Source of the DNA: Dehalococcoidia bacterium
GTDB taxonomy: Bacteria > Chloroflexota > Dehalococcoidia > UBA2979
NCBI GenBank assembly: GCA_964291495.2
Contig: OZ219872.1
Coordinates: 640,001-704,000 of the forward strand
Direction of reading: 5' to 3'
DNA: 64,000 nt
Part shown: in pieces, positions 61,236-64,000 of the stretch
Layout: every line of letters starts with the position of its first letter
Numbering within the stretch: the first letter of the stretch is position 1
Notes under the pieces: model-generated
Database searches by the model: none
What the model saw: only the letters and a program-made list of their open reading frames with translations
Told to the model about the DNA's origin: nothing
Translations under genes and position numbers: made by a program

Positions 61236-61370
61236 GCCCTGCCGAATTCCCGCGAATGCGGGGACCGGGGGAACCACCACTTGGGGTGAACCCTCAGCAC
61301 GGAGCGACCTCCATGCGAGGGCGGGTCAACTGGATCGACCCGAACCCGTCAGCTAACCCCGGAGGCAAGG
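61236..61370 (+). ncRNA. c-di-AMP riboswitch (ydaO/yuaA)
   Basis: GCCGAAT...GGACCGGGGGAACC...TTGGGGTGAA...CCCGAACCCGTCAGCTAACCCCGGAGGC. Confidence 0.92.
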
Positions 61371-61452
61371 CGATCCAGTCTCGGCCGGAGGAATTCCGGC
61401 AGGCGCCCGCCGCTGCATGGCACGCAGCGCCGGGTCGAGGCAGGGGCTGGAC

Positions 61453-61665
61453 ATGATCACGACTGCGCCTCCCAAGCAGTGCCCTCGCTGCAGCGGCCTG
61501 ATGATCACCGAGGACGACTGGTACGGGAAGTTCGCAAGCTGCATCGCTTGCGGCCACGTCCACGAGACCGAGGTTGCCGATCCTCAGGAGCTGCTCGAGG
61601 AGGAGCGGCTGGCCGCCGGCAAGCAACGCCGCCGGCAGCCGTCCCACGGCAAGCTGCGCCTGTAG
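61453..61665 (+). CDS. Small Zn-ribbon protein (70 aa)
   Basis: CPRCSG...DWYG...CIACG, basic C-terminus; follows the riboswitch. Confidence 0.8.
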   Translation: MITTAPPKQCPRCSGLMITEDDWYGKFASCIACGHVHETEVADPQELLEEERLAAGKQRRRQPSHGKLRL

Positions 61666-61741
61666 GCACTCCGAGGACCCAGAGCCTCACGCACTCTCAC
61701 CGGCTCCGCGCGGGGCCGGTGAGTCGCTGCGTCGTCCGCGG

Positions 61742-63358
61742 CTAGCCGGCCACGCCCGTCGCGCTGTGGTGCAGCAGCCAGTACTCGTACGAGTCCTGCA
61801 GGGCCAGCCATGACGCCTCGACCACGTCCGTGGAGGCGCCGACCGTGCGCCAGATGCGCACGCCGTCCGTCGACTCGATCAGCACGCGCACGGCGGCGTC
61901 CGCGCCGCCGTCGGGGTTGATGATCCGCACCTTGTAGTCCACCAGGTGCACGCGATCGAGGTCCGGGAACGACTCCAGCAGCGCGCGCCGCACCGCCGCA
62001 TCGAGGGCTGACACGGGCCCGTTGCCGTCGGCGGCGGTCTGGCTCAGCACCTCGCCGACCCGCACCTTCACCATCGCCTCGGCCAGCATCGCGTTCTCGC
62101 CCTCGCCGCGCTCGTGCTGGCGGCGCTCGACGACAAGGAAGTCCTCGAGGCTGAACGGCGCGCGGTAGCCGCCGACCGCACGGCGCACCAGCAGCTCGAA
62201 GGAGGCCTCGGCGGACTCGTACTGGAAGCCCTTCGCCTCCTGCACCTTGACCTGCTCCGCGAGGTCGCGCGCCTGCACGTCGCTCAGCTCGATGTCGACG
62301 CTGTCCTCGGCCAGCTTGGCGACGATGTTGCGCCGTCCCGACAGCTCGGAGACGAGCACGCGCTCGACGTTGCCGACCGCGCCGGGATCGACGTGCGTGT
62401 ACGAGCCGGCGGACTTCGTGATCGCCGCGACGTGCAGCCCGGCCTTGTGCGCAAAGGCGCTGGTCCCGACGTAGGGCTGCTGCGGGTTCGGCGCCAGGTT
62501 CGCCAGCTCCGAGGCGAAGTGTGAAAGGTCCGTCAGCCGCTCGAGCTGCTCGTCGCTCACCACGTCGAGGCCGAGCTTGAGCTTGAGGTTCGCGATCACG
62601 GAGATGATGTTCGCGTTGCCGCAGCGCTCGCCCCAGCCGTTGAGGCAGGCCTGCACCTGCGTCGCGCCCGCCTGCACCGCGAGCAGCGTGTTCGCCACCG
62701 CGAGGTCGGCGTCGTTGTGGACATGGATGCCGATCGCGCAGTCGATCGCGCGCAGCGCCTCGCCGACGCCCTCGACGATCGCGCCGGGCATCGAGCCGCC
62801 GTTGGTGTCGCAGAGCGTGACCGTGCCGGCGCCCGCGCCGGCGGCCGCGCGCAGCGTCGCGATGGCGTAGCGCGGGTCGTCGGCGTAGCCGTCGAAGAAG
62901 TGCTCGGCGTCGAAGACCACCTCGCGGCCCTGCTCGACCAGCACGCGCACGGAGTCGGCGATCATCGCCAGGTTCTCCTCCTCGGTGGTCTCGAGGACGT
63001 CGCGGACTTGCGCCGCGGACGACTTGCCGACAAGCGTGACGGCGGGCGTCTCGCTCTCCAGCACGGCGAGCAGCGCGGGGTCTGTCGCCGCATCGCCCCC
63101 GGCGCGCCGCGTCGAGCCGAAGGCAACGAGCTTCGCGTTCCGGAGCGGGGTCTCGCGCATGCGCGCGAAGAACTCGGCGTCCTTGGGGTTGGAGCCGGGG
63201 TAGCCGCCCTCGACGTAGTCGACGCCGATCTCGTCGAGCCGCCGGGCGATCGCGATCTTGTCCTCGACGGAGAGGGAGAGGCCCTCCATGCCGAGGCCGT
63301 CGCGGAGTGTCGTGTCGTAGAGCCGTACGCCCTGTGGCGCCGACGGGGAGCTGCTCAT
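61742..63358 (-). CDS. cimA: Citramalate synthase
   Basis: YDTTLRDG, EGGYPGSNPKD, FDAEHFFDG, GERCGN, WRTVGAS. Confidence 0.92.
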   Translation of the reverse strand: MSSSPSAPQGVRLYDTTLRDGLGMEGLSLSVEDKIAIARRLDEIGVDYVEGGYPGSNPKDAEFFARMRETPLRNAKLVAFGSTRRAGGDAATDPALLAVLESETPAVTLVGKSSAAQVRDVLETTEEENLAMIADSVRVLVEQGREVVFDAEHFFDGYADDPRYAIATLRAAAGAGAGTVTLCDTNGGSMPGAIVEGVGEALRAIDCAIGIHVHNDADLAVANTLLAVQAGATQVQACLNGWGERCGNANIISVIANLKLKLGLDVVSDEQLERLTDLSHFASELANLAPNPQQPYVGTSAFAHKAGLHVAAITKSAGSYTHVDPGAVGNVERVLVSELSGRRNIVAKLAEDSVDIELSDVQARDLAEQVKVQEAKGFQYESAEASFELLVRRAVGGYRAPFSLEDFLVVERRQHERGEGENAMLAEAMVKVRVGEVLSQTAADGNGPVSALDAAVRRALLESFPDLDRVHLVDYKVRIINPDGGADAAVRVLIESTDGVRIWRTVGASTDVVEASWLALQDSYEYWLLHHSATGVAG

Positions 63359-63455
63359 GGTCTATCGCCGTTCTGTGCTGGCGCGCTCATGGATCATCGG
63401 GCGTGCGGAAGCTATCTCGCAGGCCGTGAGCGCCGTGGAGTGGGTTTGGGGTGCG

Positions 63456-63542
63456 CTAGCCGCGCGCGATGATCGACGCCGCCGGCCTCGATGGCCGGAC
63501 GGCGTGCCTCGCCTTCCTGCGTGCAGTCGCAGCGTGCGTCAT
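63456..63542 (-). CDS. Putative leader peptide of cimA (28 aa, tandem Ile codons)
   Basis: MTHAATARRKARHAVRPSRPAASIIARG*; TACAAT 7 nt upstream of the ATG. Confidence 0.6.
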   Translation of the reverse strand: MTHAATARRKARHAVRPSRPAASIIARG

Positions 63543-63590
63543 GGCGATCATTGTATGCGGCGCTCGCGGGAGGGGCCAGACGCGGGGCGG

Positions 63591-64000
63591 CTACCCCGCC
63601 AACCGCTCCAAAACCGCCTCTGCCATCTCGCGCGTGCCGAGCGCGTCCTCGCCCGCGCCGGCGATGTCCGCGGTGCGCAGGCCGTCGCCGATCGTGGCCG
63701 CGACCGCGGCCTCCAGCGCCTGTGCCTCCGCCTCGAGGCCGCACGAGTGGCGCAGCAGCATCGCCGTGCAGAGGAACATCGCCAGCGGGTTGGCGGCGCC
63801 CTGGCCGGCGATGTCGGGCGCGCTGCCGTGGATCGGTTCGTAGAGCCCGCGCCCGCAACCGTCCTCGCGGACCTCGCCGAGCGAGGCCGAGGGCAGCATC
63901 CCCAGCGACCCCGCAAGCATCGAGGCCTCGTCCGTCAGGATGTCGCCGAAGAGGTTGCTGGTGATCACCACGTCGAAGTCCGCGGGCCGGCGGATCAGGT
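63591..64000 (-). CDS. leuB: 3-isopropylmalate dehydrogenase, C-terminal part
   Basis: [35 protein letters not shown]. Confidence 0.96.
   Translation of the reverse strand, partial: LIRRPADFDVVITSNLFGDILTDEASMLAGSLGMLPSASLGEVREDGCGRGLYEPIHGSAPDIAGQGAANPLAMFLCTAMLLRHSCGLEAEAQALEAAVAATIGDGLRTADIAGAGEDALGTREMAEAVLERLAG

Overview
High-GC bacterial chromosome segment. The gene content (F420 genes cofE/npdG, GAAC-N4-GTAC SOS box, Pro/Thr/Ala-linker lipoproteins, CoA-dependent catabolic genes) suggests Chloroflexota, probably Dehalococcoidia-like; this is inference. It holds the 5' half of the F0F1 ATP synthase operon, pyrF, murI, a MoxR/DUF58/DUF4129 triad, acyl-CoA catabolic genes, tRNA-Sec, tRNA-His, hicAB, ABC/MFS transporters, an MshC-like ligase, lexA, holA, cofE-npdG, three protease-family genes, cobTSU, cimA and the 3' end of leuB. 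The most interesting items are: (1) a lower-GC, translationally coupled three-gene cassette (37687-39358) ending in a putative ADP-ribosyltransferase/RES-like protein, a candidate toxin-antitoxin(-chaperone) or defence system; (2) a c-di-AMP riboswitch with Rex/CRP-like boxes in front of a 70-aa Zn-ribbon protein; (3) an unannotated leaderless Ile-Ile leader peptide upstream of cimA; (4) modular palindromic repeat clusters, including a 3x168-bp tandem array; (5) tandem Cys/His-rich Zn-finger paralogues. All family calls come from motif recognition by eye; no database searches were run.
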